DNA from: Candidatus Woesearchaeota archaeon
GTDB taxonomy: Archaea > Nanobdellota > Nanobdellia > Woesearchaeales > ARS49
Direction of reading: 5' to 3'
Assembly (NCBI GenBank): GCA_016215315.1
Contig: JACRKG010000040.1
Location: 3,128 to 67,127 of the forward strand
Length of the DNA: 64,000 nucleotides
In this document: piece by piece, positions 34,433 to 44,338 of the stretch
Layout: each line of letters starts with the position of its first letter
How positions within the stretch are numbered: the stretch's first letter is position 1
Notes under the pieces: generated by a model
Seen by the model: the letters and a program-made list of their open reading frames with translations, nothing else
Databases searched by the model: none
What the model was told of the DNA's origin: nothing
Made by a program: the position numbers and the translations under genes

Positions 34433-34858
34433 TTGGCGACCGGTTTTTTTGAAAAATTAAAAAAGAAATTATCAAGTCCAGGATACGACGAACTTGAAGC
34501 AGAAGAGGGATATTTAGAGCTTGACACTAACGCTGCTGAATTAAGAGCAAAAGCAGTAGTAAGAACGTTTACTATTAACGATTTTGAAGAAATAAAATCA
34601 GTTCTTGACGCATTAAGAGAAGGAAAGACAATCGCACTCGTAAACATCAGACCTTTAAGAGAAAAGGATATTGTTGAGTTAAAAAGAGCGATTAATAAAT
34701 TAAAGAAAACTGCTGACGCTGTTAACGGAGAAATTGCAGGTTTCGGAGAAGACTATGTAATAGTTACTCCTGCTTTTGCAACAATCCACCGTGATAAAGC
34801 AACAAAAGAAGTAAAACAAGAACCAGTTCAAGGAGAATCTAATACTTCCGAAGAATGA
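34433..34858 (+). CDS. sepF: Archaeal cell division protein SepF
   Basis: LDALREGKTIALVNI...ELKRAINKLK..ADAVNGEIAG...VIVTP; TTG start inferred from GAGGTG SD. Confidence 0.85.
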   Translation: MATGFFEKLKKKLSSPGYDELEAEEGYLELDTNAAELRAKAVVRTFTINDFEEIKSVLDALREGKTIALVNIRPLREKDIVELKRAINKLKKTADAVNGEIAGFGEDYVIVTPAFATIHRDKATKEVKQEPVQGESNTSEE

Positions 34859-35682
34859 AGTTTGGTTTATTTACAGACAATCACAGCAGCAAGGTAGAAA
34901 TTGAAGAGTTGCTAATAAATTCTTTCAGGGATGTTGATGTTATAGTTAGTATTGGAGATAATGTTGAACACTCGACAAAAGAAAATTTGTGGCAAGTACT
35001 GCGTTCTTTTTGTGAAATAGGAAAACCATTCTATGCAATTCCTGGAAATTATGAAACAAAAGATATTTGGGATGGAGTTTGTGAACAATTATCAAAAAGA
35101 TACTCTAATTTTGTAAATGCTGCAGAAAAGCAAGTTTATCAGTTAAATGATCTTAATTTAATTTTTATTCCTGGAACAGAAGACGCGAGAAGAGGATTTA
35201 CCGTCAATAAGAAAGATTTAGAAAAAGTACTAAAACAAGTAAAACCATTAACTAACAAACTTTTATTCACTCATGAACCGCCCAAACAAGATTATTCTAC
35301 CGGAACAGATTTTAGTGTTCAAGCAATAAGCATAATTGACGGCTCAGTTGTTTACGGAAGGCATACTAAAGAAGCAATAGATTCGGGGTATTATAGATTA
35401 GGAGCAACCAATCAAGGTAGTGAATTAATAAGATCTTTTGTTGAATTAGCAGGAATAAATTTTGTTTTTTCAGGGCACATTCATGAAGGAATAGGCGCAG
35501 TAGATAATTTAGGAAGAAAAATAGAAGAAAACACATTCACTGAAGTGCTTTATTTAAATCCAGGCCCAGCGAAAAATGGATTAAATGCAATAATGGAAAC
35601 AAAAAATGTTGACGGAAAACTGCAAGCAAAATATTCTAGAAACTTATTGTTAGGAAGAACTTTTTACGAAGGACTGAAATAG
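34855..35682 (+). CDS. Calcineurin-like metallophosphoesterase
   Basis: DxH, GD, GNYE, THEPP, GHIHE motifs. Confidence 0.85.
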   Translation: MKFGLFTDNHSSKVEIEELLINSFRDVDVIVSIGDNVEHSTKENLWQVLRSFCEIGKPFYAIPGNYETKDIWDGVCEQLSKRYSNFVNAAEKQVYQLNDLNLIFIPGTEDARRGFTVNKKDLEKVLKQVKPLTNKLLFTHEPPKQDYSTGTDFSVQAISIIDGSVVYGRHTKEAIDSGYYRLGATNQGSELIRSFVELAGINFVFSGHIHEGIGAVDNLGRKIEENTFTEVLYLNPGPAKNGLNAIMETKNVDGKLQAKYSRNLLLGRTFYEGLK

Positions 35683-35751
35683 TTTATAGTTTGTGGTTTG
35701 GAGTTTGAAGTAACGAAAGACTACGAACCATGAACTACAAACCACAAACTA
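35680..35751. repeat. Heptamer repeat arranged as an inverted pair (hairpin)
   Basis: TAGTTTGTGGTTTG 35687-35700 / CAAACCACAAACTA 35738-35751; begins at the TAG stop. Confidence 0.8.
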
Positions 35752-35793
35752 AGATAATAATATTTATTAACTCTTACTCAAAGAGTTAAAAAT

Positions 35794-37041
35794 ATGAATT
35801 ATCACGTAAAAGATTTAAGTTTAGCAGACCAAGGATTTCTTAATATAGAATTAGCTGAGAAAAGAATGGCGTCTCTTTTGTCTGTTCGCGAGCGTTATAA
35901 AAAAGAGCAACCTTTTAGCGGACTAACAATCGGTATGGCGTTACATGTTACTAAAGAAACAGCAGTATTAGTTAGAACTTTAATTGCTGGAGGAGCAAAA
36001 GTTGCAATTGCAGGATGCAATCCTTTAAGCACTCAAGATGATGTTGCAGCTGCACTAGCAAAAGAAGGAGTTAACGTTTTTGCTTACAAAGGAGAAACTA
36101 AAGAGGACTATTATACTTTTTTACAAAATGTTATTTCATTGAAACCAAATATCACGATAGATGATGGTTGTGATCTTGTTAGTTTAATACACATGAAATA
36201 TCCTGAGCTAATAAGCACAATTATAGGTGGTTGCGAAGAAACCACAACTGGAGTAATTCGTTTAAGATCAATGGAAAAAGATCATGCACTAAAGTATCCA
36301 GTAGTTGCTGTTAATGATAATAAAACAAAACACTTGCTTGATAATTACTACGGAACAGGACAATCTACTTTAGACGGAATTATCCGAGCAACAAATATTT
36401 TGTTTGCAGGAAAAAATGTCGTTGTTTGTGGCTACGGCTCTTGTGGTAAAGGAGTTTCTTTAAGAGCAAAAGGTTTAGGCGCAATTGTCACAGTAACAGA
36501 AATAGACCCTTTTAGAGCATTACAGGCAAGACTTGATGGTTTTAATGTTGACAAAATGGAAAACGTTTCAAAACATGGAGATATCTTTATTACAGTCACC
36601 GGAAATAAACATGTTATAAGAAAAGAACACGTATTAAACATGAAAGATGGCGCAATTCTTGCAAATTCAGGACATTTTGATATAGAAATTGACGTTGCTA
36701 GCTTAAACAATCAATTTCCGAAAAGAAAAGTAAGACAATTCCTTGAAGAATATAATGTTAATGGGAAAAAGATTTATGTTTGCGGAGAAGCACGTTTAGT
36801 AAATTTAGCTGCTGCAGAAGGACACCCTAGCGAAGTCATGGCAACATCATTCTTAGGACAAACCTTGGCTTGCGAATATTTAGCAAAAAACAGAGGAAAA
36901 CTAACCAATTCAGTAATAACACTGCCTGAAGAAATTGATGATTATATCGCAAAACTACAATTAGAATCCATGGAAGTAAATATTGACAAATTAACCGAAG
37001 AACAAAAAAAATACTTAAACAGTTGGAATGAAGGAACGTAA
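35794..37041 (+). CDS. ahcY: Adenosylhomocysteinase
   Basis: CNPLSTQDDVAAAL, EETTTGV, DNYYGTGQS, GYGSCGKG, GHFDIEI, EGHPSEVM. Confidence 0.97.
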   Translation: MNYHVKDLSLADQGFLNIELAEKRMASLLSVRERYKKEQPFSGLTIGMALHVTKETAVLVRTLIAGGAKVAIAGCNPLSTQDDVAAALAKEGVNVFAYKGETKEDYYTFLQNVISLKPNITIDDGCDLVSLIHMKYPELISTIIGGCEETTTGVIRLRSMEKDHALKYPVVAVNDNKTKHLLDNYYGTGQSTLDGIIRATNILFAGKNVVVCGYGSCGKGVSLRAKGLGAIVTVTEIDPFRALQARLDGFNVDKMENVSKHGDIFITVTGNKHVIRKEHVLNMKDGAILANSGHFDIEIDVASLNNQFPKRKVRQFLEEYNVNGKKIYVCGEARLVNLAAAEGHPSEVMATSFLGQTLACEYLAKNRGKLTNSVITLPEEIDDYIAKLQLESMEVNIDKLTEEQKKYLNSWNEGT

Positions 37042-37092
37042 CTTAGTTAAAAAGAATTATTTATATATCTATTTCTTTATTTTTGTTTTATT

Positions 37093-38373
37093 ATGTTATT
37101 TATTGATAAGTTATTAAGCTTGCCTTTGCCTGTTTTGAATCATTGGGGTTATTGGATTATTTTACTTGCATCCCTGCTTGAAGCAACGCCCATTTTTGGC
37201 TTGCTCGCTCCAGGACAATTAATGGTTATTTTAGGAGGGTTTCTAGCAAAACAAGGTATTTTAGATATTGGTGATGTTATTTTTGTTGCAATTGTTGGAG
37301 CTATTTTGGGAGATTTAATGGGTTATGTGTTAGGTAAGAAGTATGGATATTCTTTTATCACGAGGTTTGGAAGATATTTCTTTTTTAAAAAAGAACATTT
37401 TGATAAAACAAAAAAATTAATGAATCAGCATACTGGAAAAACGTTAGTTATTGGCAGATTTAATTCCCTGACCAGAGCTTTTGGTCCTTTTATTGCTGGT
37501 TCAACAAAAATCCCTTTTATGAAATTCTTAACATACAATATTGTCGGGGGTGTTTGTTGGGCAGTTTCATTTGTCCTGCTTGGTTATATTTTTGGCAAAA
37601 GCTATGAAGTAGCCTCAAAATATCTTGGAAAATTTATTCTTATTGCAATCATTTTAAGTCTAATAATTATTTATTTGTATCGGTTCGTGAATAAAAGAAA
37701 ACACATATTTTCAAAGTATCATCTTTATGCTTTAATCCTTAACATTTCTTCATTATACTTATTTTCTAAGATGATCGAAGATATTGTTGAAAAAGAGTTT
37801 GTTACAAAATTAGATGTTTGGATTAACACAAAAATAACGCTTTTATGGAACCCCTGGCTAAATAAAATGATGATTTTTATTACAAATATTGTCAGTCCAA
37901 CTAACTTATTTATTTTATCAATTCTGTTATCTGTTGTTCTCATATACAAAAAGAAATGGTATTACTTCCTGCTTTTTTTATTCAGTATGATTGGAGGGTT
38001 GTTATTTGAAGTAATTATAAAATTAATTGCTCACAGAGCAAGACCCTCAAATGCTTTAATTAAATTAGCAGATTATAGTTTTCCAAGCGGTCATGCAACG
38101 ATGGCAATAATTTTCTTTTCCCTTTTGCTTTACTCATTCAAAGACGACATAAAGAATAAAATATTAAAAAACAGTTTTATTGTGGGTAATATCGCTCTTT
38201 TTTTACTAGTGGGCTTCAGCAGAATATACTTGAATGTTCACTGGTTCAGTGATGTTATCGCCGGATTTTCTTTAGGTCTATTCTGGATAACATTATTAAT
38301 ACTGGTCTTTAAAGCAATCGCTGCTTTGTCAAAGAAGACTTTAGATTTAATATTAAAGTTCCTAAAAGGTTAA
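37093..38373 (+). CDS. DedA family / PAP2 phosphatase fusion membrane protein
   Basis: DedA motifs (PGQLMVILGG, GDLMGY, GRFNSLTR); PAP2 motifs (HRARP, FPSGHA, SRIYLNVHWFSDV). Confidence 0.9.
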   Translation: MLFIDKLLSLPLPVLNHWGYWIILLASLLEATPIFGLLAPGQLMVILGGFLAKQGILDIGDVIFVAIVGAILGDLMGYVLGKKYGYSFITRFGRYFFFKKEHFDKTKKLMNQHTGKTLVIGRFNSLTRAFGPFIAGSTKIPFMKFLTYNIVGGVCWAVSFVLLGYIFGKSYEVASKYLGKFILIAIILSLIIIYLYRFVNKRKHIFSKYHLYALILNISSLYLFSKMIEDIVEKEFVTKLDVWINTKITLLWNPWLNKMMIFITNIVSPTNLFILSILLSVVLIYKKKWYYFLLFLFSMIGGLLFEVIIKLIAHRARPSNALIKLADYSFPSGHATMAIIFFSLLLYSFKDDIKNKILKNSFIVGNIALFLLVGFSRIYLNVHWFSDVIAGFSLGLFWITLLILVFKAIAALSKKTLDLILKFLKG

Positions 38374-38380
38374 TTTACGA

Positions 38381-38797
38381 TCAATCAGCCCATCCTGCGT
38401 GTTGAACTGTGATAAGGTTTAATCCTGGCGGATTGTTTTCTTTAAGAAATACTACTTTGTACAAAATATCTTTGTCTTTAAGAAGCAGTTCTAAACACTT
38501 TTCCTTTGCTTTTTGCTCACCTAAATCTCCTCCTTCAAGTCCAATTAAATCTGAATGAATATACTGTGTGAGCGGAGTATTTTCATCTAAAGCTTGGTCA
38601 GGTCCATAACCGTAGTTATCTTTGAAAAAAAAGAAATGATCTAATTTTTTTTCAAATCTATAACCTAAATTTGGGCTTTTACAAACTTGATCAATAATAT
38701 TTTGCACTGAATTAATCTTAAAATAGTCGTAAATGTAACATGCAAGATAACCATCATTATTTTCAATTAATATTGTAGCACTATTAGGTTTGCTCAT
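38381..38797 (-). CDS. Hypothetical protein
   Basis: 138-aa ATG ORF. Confidence 0.55.
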   Translation of the reverse strand: MSKPNSATILIENNDGYLACYIYDYFKINSVQNIIDQVCKSPNLGYRFEKKLDHFFFFKDNYGYGPDQALDENTPLTQYIHSDLIGLEGGDLGEQKAKEKCLELLLKDKDILYKVVFLKENNPPGLNLITVQHAGWAD

Positions 38798-38927
38798 ATA
38801 AAATTATCTTTATTTCTTTTATTTAAATATTTAATGACTTATAAGAAGAATTTACCAAAACATTTATATATCTATAGTGTTTCATACACACTAATTAAGG
38901 TGAAATACTTTTTACGAGGCAAATAAA

Positions 38928-39656
38928 ATGAGTTCAACGTTTGATAATGAAGTAAATAAAGCACTTGAGGACTTGAAAACTAAAGAAGATTTTAAGCACT
39001 ATTTTGAGGCAGAATTAATTAATGAAGAGGATCCATATTCTTTTAGCAAGCATTTTCAAGATAATGGAAGAGGCGGAGCACTGTATTGTCCTGGAGTAGG
39101 CATAAGTGAAATATATCTTTCTCTTTCACACCCTGATGCACCACGACAAATTAATATTTCTTCTGAAGAAATTTCTAAACGATTGGCAGCATTTTTAGAT
39201 GCTGTGGTAGATTGTTTAACAGATGCAAACTTGTTTTATAAAAAAACGGAAAAAAAATTTCTAGGGCCCGGAGCCAAGACCGGTCTTTTTGGGATTGACT
39301 TGTGGAGAGAGTTATATTTCGGAAACAAAAATGAACAAGTTGCACAAAAATTATTTTCACTTATTTTATTCGAAGACATGATTAATCAAAAAATGAATGA
39401 AAAATCTCCTAATTTTGAACAACAATATTATTTGATGCGAACTTATTTTGATTTGTTGCCTGTTGAGAATTATGATTTCGAAATGATAGAAAAATTAAGT
39501 TTGAACCCTTCGCTCAGTTCAGGTATGTTTCAAGTTTTATTAGAGGTAGATCGAAAAAAAGCAAAGGATTTAGCATTATCCGCAATAGCAAAAGGAGTTA
39601 AAAGCAAAGATTTAGAATTGTCATTAAAAGATTATTTTCCTGGGATAAAATTCTAA
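38928..39656 (+). CDS. Hypothetical protein
   Basis: 242-aa ATG ORF with GAGG SD. Confidence 0.6.
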   Translation: MSSTFDNEVNKALEDLKTKEDFKHYFEAELINEEDPYSFSKHFQDNGRGGALYCPGVGISEIYLSLSHPDAPRQINISSEEISKRLAAFLDAVVDCLTDANLFYKKTEKKFLGPGAKTGLFGIDLWRELYFGNKNEQVAQKLFSLILFEDMINQKMNEKSPNFEQQYYLMRTYFDLLPVENYDFEMIEKLSLNPSLSSGMFQVLLEVDRKKAKDLALSAIAKGVKSKDLELSLKDYFPGIKF

Positions 39657-39736
39657 GTATGGATCTTTTTTTCTAAAAGATCGCAAGATTTAAATATGTC
39701 TAATGCTTAATTAAGCATTAAGCATGGAGGTAAAAA

Positions 39737-39970
39737 ATGATAGTATCTGTAAGTAAGGGGCTTCAAATCACTATACCTTCTTTAATAAGAGAAGAATTAG
39801 GTTTGATTGTTGGAAGTAAAGTTGACATAAATGTCAAAAATAAAGAGATAATTTTAAAACCAATTGGTGATGATCTTGAGAAAGTTTTCAAAGAAACGGA
39901 ACACATAAAGCCTAAACATAAATTAACTGCAAAACAAATGGATGAAATTAATGAGAAGATGTTCAGATGA
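39737..39970 (+). CDS. AbrB/MazE-type antitoxin
   Basis: VSKGLQITIPSLIREELGL..GSKV; ATGA overlap with a PIN gene. Confidence 0.85.
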   Translation: MIVSVSKGLQITIPSLIREELGLIVGSKVDINVKNKEIILKPIGDDLEKVFKETEHIKPKHKLTAKQMDEINEKMFR

Positions 39971-40344
39971 ATTATATAGATAGTAATGTAATAGCGTATG
40001 CTTTTTATGAAAATGAATTCCGAGATTCTTGTAGAAATGTTTTAAGATCTGGCGGATTAATAAATACAATTAATCTTGTTGAGGCATTTAACATAATCGA
40101 GTTACAAACGTCTAGAGAGACGGCTGTTAAAGCTATAAAAGGTTTAATTAAATCTAACATTATTATTTTAGATGTAGATTTTAATATTATTTTTGAAGCA
40201 CTTAAAAGAGCAGAAAAATACACCAAATTAACTTTTTTGGATTTAGTGCATTATACTTCGGCGTTATTAAATAATTGCAACTCAATAATTAGTTACGATA
40301 AAGATTTTGATGATCTCGAAATTATTAGAAAGGAAAAGTTATGA
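39967..40344 (+). CDS. vapC: PIN-domain toxin VapC
   Basis: YIDSNVIAY, LVEAF, DLVHYTSA, ISYDKDFD. Confidence 0.88.
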   Translation: MNYIDSNVIAYAFYENEFRDSCRNVLRSGGLINTINLVEAFNIIELQTSRETAVKAIKGLIKSNIIILDVDFNIIFEALKRAEKYTKLTFLDLVHYTSALLNNCNSIISYDKDFDDLEIIRKEKL

Positions 40345-40352
40345 CTCCTTAT

Positions 40353-40958
40353 TTATTTCTCAAGAATCTGTTTAACCATTAAAAAATCTTTTTCCAGTTC
40401 TTGCGTCAGTGATCTTTTATACAGCGTTGCTGCAGGATGATACATAGGTATTACTAAGAACTTTGTTCCATCTAATTCTTTTTCTACTGGTTTGCCGTGC
40501 AGGCTTGTTATGCCTTCTATTTTTTTCATTCCTTCAACACTAAAACCGCCTAAAACAAATTTTGTAGAAAAATTACCTAAAGTAAGGATTATTTTAGGTT
40601 TAATTATTTTTATTTGTTCTATTAAAAATGGTGTGTGAGTTCTTATTTCTTCATCGTTAGGATTGCGATTATCTGGAGGCCTATACTTTAGAATGTTTGC
40701 TATGTAAACGTCGTCAATGCATAAATTGATCATGTGAAGAAAGTTATCTAATTGTTTTCCTGCTGCACCAACAAATGGCAAGCCTTGCAAATCTTCGTTG
40801 GCTCCTGCTGCTTCTCCAATTATCATTATGTTTGCGCATGAATTCCCTTTCCCAAATACTAAATTAGTTGCGCTTTCATGAAGGGGAAGTTTCGCAATAA
40901 TTATTCTTTTTTTAACTTCTTCTAATTTTCTCTCTCTTTCTTCAACTGAGCACTCCAC
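40353..40958 (-). CDS. udg: Uracil-DNA glycosylase, family 4
   Basis: IGEAAGANED..G.PFVGAAG, ANILKYRPPDNRNP, MYHPAA. Confidence 0.92.
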   Translation of the reverse strand: MECSVEERERKLEEVKKRIIIAKLPLHESATNLVFGKGNSCANIMIIGEAAGANEDLQGLPFVGAAGKQLDNFLHMINLCIDDVYIANILKYRPPDNRNPNDEEIRTHTPFLIEQIKIIKPKIILTLGNFSTKFVLGGFSVEGMKKIEGITSLHGKPVEKELDGTKFLVIPMYHPAATLYKRSLTQELEKDFLMVKQILEK

Positions 40959-40980
40959 ACAATCAATTAATTAGTGCCTA

Positions 40981-41895
40981 TTAATATTGTTTTCTATTAA
41001 ATACTCTTTTTTTCCACTCTTCAGAGCCTCTTTTTGATAATTTTCTAACATTAGCGTTATTTAACCAACGATATATTGTAGAAATACTAACATTGAATTC
41101 TTTTGCAATTTTTTGTGGAAGAATGCGCTTTGAATACAATCTAGTTTCTAATAAAATTTTCATAGAAGTATTAAACTTTTTTTCTACATTTCTAACCTTT
41201 TTTGGTACTTTCCTTTTTAAGATTGTTTCTTCATGATATTTTCTTGCTTTTAATTGCTTCTGATACTTTCTTTCAAGAAGCAAGTCATTTTTTTTTAAAT
41301 CATCATATAGAAATTTTATGACATTCATTGCATTATTTGAATAAAAATCTAGTTGATAACATATGGCCCTGATTCCTCTTTTTGTAATTTTTATTCTTTT
41401 TCTAAGATTGAAATGACTTATTTTAACATTTTCATTTAACTTAATTTTTAGTTCTTTCATGAAATGTAGACTTCCATTAACAAAACCAACAGATATTTCT
41501 TTTGATCTTCTTTTAGTTTGTGCAATTATCCATCCATCACCATCAAGAAAACCTCTAATAAAATCTCTCAAAAATATTGTTTGAACTGGAGGAAATTTTA
41601 AAATTTTCTTTTTGTTTGGAATCACGCCCAACTTCTTAATATCTGTCAAGATCTTTTTATTAGATATTCTGAGCCTGTAAGAATTTTCTCTTTTTTTAAT
41701 AGGATAATTAGAGCTCATCACTTGATTGAAGCTTTTCAATAGTTTAAGATTTGAACTGTGTTTATTTGTTAAATCCCAAGATAATGTTGGGCCATAAACA
41801 TTGCCATCTGCACAAGTAAAACCCAGAATGTATGCCATATTTGAACTCCAAGTTCTGAAAAAATTTTCATTTATTTGATACTTGTATCTGCTCAT
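40981..41895 (-). CDS. Free-standing two-motif LAGLIDADG endonuclease-like protein with C-terminal HTH
   Basis: YILGFTCADG and FIRGFLDGDG motifs; IAKEFNVSISTIYRWL HTH. Confidence 0.85.
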   Translation of the reverse strand: MSRYKYQINENFFRTWSSNMAYILGFTCADGNVYGPTLSWDLTNKHSSNLKLLKSFNQVMSSNYPIKKRENSYRLRISNKKILTDIKKLGVIPNKKKILKFPPVQTIFLRDFIRGFLDGDGWIIAQTKRRSKEISVGFVNGSLHFMKELKIKLNENVKISHFNLRKRIKITKRGIRAICYQLDFYSNNAMNVIKFLYDDLKKNDLLLERKYQKQLKARKYHEETILKRKVPKKVRNVEKKFNTSMKILLETRLYSKRILPQKIAKEFNVSISTIYRWLNNANVRKLSKRGSEEWKKRVFNRKQY

Positions 41896-41937
41896 ATGCT
41901 ATTTTTAGAATGATAGTTTAAATACTCTGTGCGTAAA

Positions 41938-42049
41938 TGTCCAGTGTCCAGTGAGCCCAAAAAATGGGAAATTTTCCCAACTTTTTTGCAAAAAATGGCT
42001 TTATACGGTCTATAAACGCAAAATAGGTTTTAGAAAGAGGTGTCCAGTG
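41938..42049. repeat. Three TGTCCAGTG direct repeats plus two palindromes
   Basis: TGTCCAGTG at 41938, 41945, 42041; GGGAAA-T-TTTCCC 41966-78; TTTTTTGCAAAAAA 41982-95. Confidence 0.65.
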
Positions 42050-42075
42050 AACTTTAGGTAAATCAACCTTAATTA

Positions 42076-42480
42076 TCAATCGATCTCAGGTCTTGAAATG
42101 ATTCTATCATAAGTTACTTCTTTGTCTACTTTTTGAGTTTTTACTATATGATATGGCGCGGTTAATACTGCTGCTGTTTGTTCTTCTGGATCTGGGTAAC
42201 TATGAATCACACTTACAACTAATTCTTTGTCTGTTTCAAGAACTTTTTCTATAGAAATGTTACGCCCGCTTCTTTTTGTCTCACCAAAATAAACTGCAAA
42301 TATCATTTCAGTGCTGAAGTCAACTTCAGGTAATTCTGGCATCGGTAACGTCTTTGAATGTGTTGTTCTCCAGAGATTATTCCAAGTTATAAAATCAGTT
42401 ATTACGTAATATTCTCCCCAATTATGCCCTGAATAGATATCTTTTGATATTTCTTCTAATTTTAGTTCTTTTGTTACCAT
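42076..42480 (-). CDS. PrcB C-terminal-like domain protein
   Basis: PEVDFSTEMIFAVYFGE..SG..ISIEKV...TAPYHIVK. Confidence 0.75.
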   Translation of the reverse strand: MVTKELKLEEISKDIYSGHNWGEYYVITDFITWNNLWRTTHSKTLPMPELPEVDFSTEMIFAVYFGETKRSGRNISIEKVLETDKELVVSVIHSYPDPEEQTAAVLTAPYHIVKTQKVDKEVTYDRIISRPEID

Positions 42481-42550
42481 AACTAGCAATAAATAAAGAA
42501 CAGGTTAAAAGCTTTATTGTAATAGAAAGAATAAGAAAAATAAAAAAGAA

Positions 42551-42931
42551 TTAAGTGTATTTGAATAATAATTCTTTATTACTCTTTGCTGTTTTTACTA
42601 TGTGGTATGGCTTTGTTATTGCCATTGTGGTCATCATTCCCGGTTTTCTGTTTACTTCTTTAACTAGAATTTCTAATCTTTCTTCGGTTTCTACAATTTT
42701 TTCAATTGTTATGTTGTAACCACCACTGCTTTTTGCGCCCATGTAAACTGCTAGTACCATTTCAGTGCTGAAATCAACTGAAGGAACTGCAGGTATGGAT
42801 GAGCAATTAGCGAATGTTTTAGTCCAAACTTTGTTCCAAGTTACATTATCACTTATTTTGTAGTGTGTTCTTTCGTTATGAGCTGAATGAGCTCCTTTTG
42901 ATATTTCTTCCAAACTTATTGTTTTTTCCAT
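42551..42931 (-). CDS. PrcB C-terminal-like domain protein (tandem paralog)
   Basis: PSVDFSTEMVLAVYMGAKSSGGYNITIEKI...TKPYHIVK. Confidence 0.78.
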   Translation of the reverse strand: MEKTISLEEISKGAHSAHNERTHYKISDNVTWNKVWTKTFANCSSIPAVPSVDFSTEMVLAVYMGAKSSGGYNITIEKIVETEERLEILVKEVNRKPGMMTTMAITKPYHIVKTAKSNKELLFKYT

Positions 42932-43056
42932 AAAAATAGAGTAATCAGCGGAAATTTAAATAGCTAACTGTGTACTAGTACACAAAAATGAACTAATAAT
43001 AAAAAGTTAGTTTTAAAAGATTTACCTTCTTATTATGTTAAATTAGAGGTAAAAAA

Positions 43057-43416
43057 ATGAAACATGAATTAAAAACACTTGCAGATTTAGCAAAATTAGA
43101 AAATGGTAGTTTAGTATCAGTAAAAGGTATGGCCAGAGGTTTAGATCAATTAGGAGCCTATCACATCTTCTTTTTAGAGAGTGAAGGAGGATTTGTTTCT
43201 TCAGAAGAAACCCCGGTAGTACTTGCAATGATGCTAAATGAAAAATATGATAATGATTACTTAGTTAAGCCAATATTAAAAGCTTCTTCAGAAGGAAATC
43301 TTGGCATAATTGTTGATGCAAAAGTAAGCAACCGTGGTGGAAGTCTCTCACTTGAAGTTGAAACGTTATACTTAGGCAATTATTCAGTTACTGCAAAATC
43401 TAGAGGCATGAGATAA
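43057..43416 (+). CDS. Hypothetical protein (possible OB-like beta fold)
   Basis: GAGGT SD; alternating beta-strand pattern. Confidence 0.55.
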   Translation: MKHELKTLADLAKLENGSLVSVKGMARGLDQLGAYHIFFLESEGGFVSSEETPVVLAMMLNEKYDNDYLVKPILKASSEGNLGIIVDAKVSNRGGSLSLEVETLYLGNYSVTAKSRGMR

Positions 43417-43420
43417 AAAG

Positions 43421-43723
43421 ATGGTAGAATTAAAATTAATGGGCAATGAAAGAACTGAATTGTACGATTTATTAGATGAAGAAATATCAGAAGGCACAGA
43501 TTATCAATCTTTGGAAGGAATCCAAACTAAACTTCAATCGAAATCAATGTTTCCGCCCGATTTAACTGCTGAGGAAGCTTCAGAATTAACTGATTTATTG
43601 GGTGATAAATTACAAGATTTAGTTGATGATGAAGAAACTGCAACATTGTTTAATGGTATTTACAAGCAATTAGTTGGCAGAGATCACGGCAAATATGAAT
43701 CAGTTTATGGGAGTGATGAGTGA
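43421..43723 (+). CDS. Acidic hypothetical protein with internal helical repeat
   Basis: E.TELYDLLDE..LEGI..KL versus EASELTDLLGD..FNGI.KQL. Confidence 0.55.
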   Translation: MVELKLMGNERTELYDLLDEEISEGTDYQSLEGIQTKLQSKSMFPPDLTAEEASELTDLLGDKLQDLVDDEETATLFNGIYKQLVGRDHGKYESVYGSDE

Positions 43724-44001
43724 TGACAGAATTCAGTTTAGACTTGGATGGTGTTGTTAAAATAAATTTAACTTATAATCGTCAAGGTGTCCTAGATGAA
43801 ATACTAGACAGTAATGGTTATGATGTTAGAGGATTTGGTATGCAAGTTGAACTTGAAGGTCGCATGTTTTCTTTCGGTGCTGATGAAGTTATTGTTACTC
43901 GTGATGGTAAGGCAGTAAAATATCGCAAAACTAAAGATGTTATTAGCAACCCTAATTCTCCTCTTAGAATATTTAGAAATTTAGAGTATCAAAGAAAGTA
44001 A
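43720..44001 (+). CDS. Hypothetical protein
   Basis: Overlaps the previous stop; 93 aa. Confidence 0.55.
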   Translation: MMTEFSLDLDGVVKINLTYNRQGVLDEILDSNGYDVRGFGMQVELEGRMFSFGADEVIVTRDGKAVKYRKTKDVISNPNSPLRIFRNLEYQRK

Positions 44002-44028
44002 ATTAGGCATAAATCTAAAACACAAATA

Positions 44029-44238
44029 TTATTCTTTTTCAGCGCTAAACCATAATAATCCTGCAAGTACTAAAGCTACTACAAATCCTATCCAGCTTGC
44101 CCACATTGGAAACATTCTTCCGCCGAGAATTAATGGCAAATTAAGAAGTATTCTTACTAAATGAACTAAAGCAGCTATTGCTAATATTCCTGCAACACTG
44201 TAATGAAGCCATGCATGTTGTTTTGTCAATTTAAACAC
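44029..44238 (-). CDS. Small membrane protein (two TM helices)
   Basis: GTG start; ALVHLVRI..LPLILGG..PMWASWIG hydrophobic pattern. Confidence 0.7.
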   Translation of the reverse strand: MFKLTKQHAWLHYSVAGILAIAALVHLVRILLNLPLILGGRMFPMWASWIGFVVALVLAGLLWFSAEKE

Positions 44239-44246
44239 CTCGTTTT

Positions 44247-44300
44247 TAGTTTATAGTTTGAAGTTTATGGTTTATAGGACGTACTATGAACCATGAACTA
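44247..44300. repeat. Heptamer repeat with inverted arm
   Basis: TAGTTTATAGTTTGAAGTTTATGGTTTATAGGACGTACTATGAACCATGAACTA. Confidence 0.75.
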
Positions 44301-44338
44301 ATTCAGGTTTTGTTATTTTTAATTGTTTCGCAATTTTA

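Noticed and set aside
40981-41895. Group I intron or intein host for the LAGLIDADG ORF
   Set aside because: No split host gene or rRNA/tRNA exons flank it, and no intein splicing motifs are present
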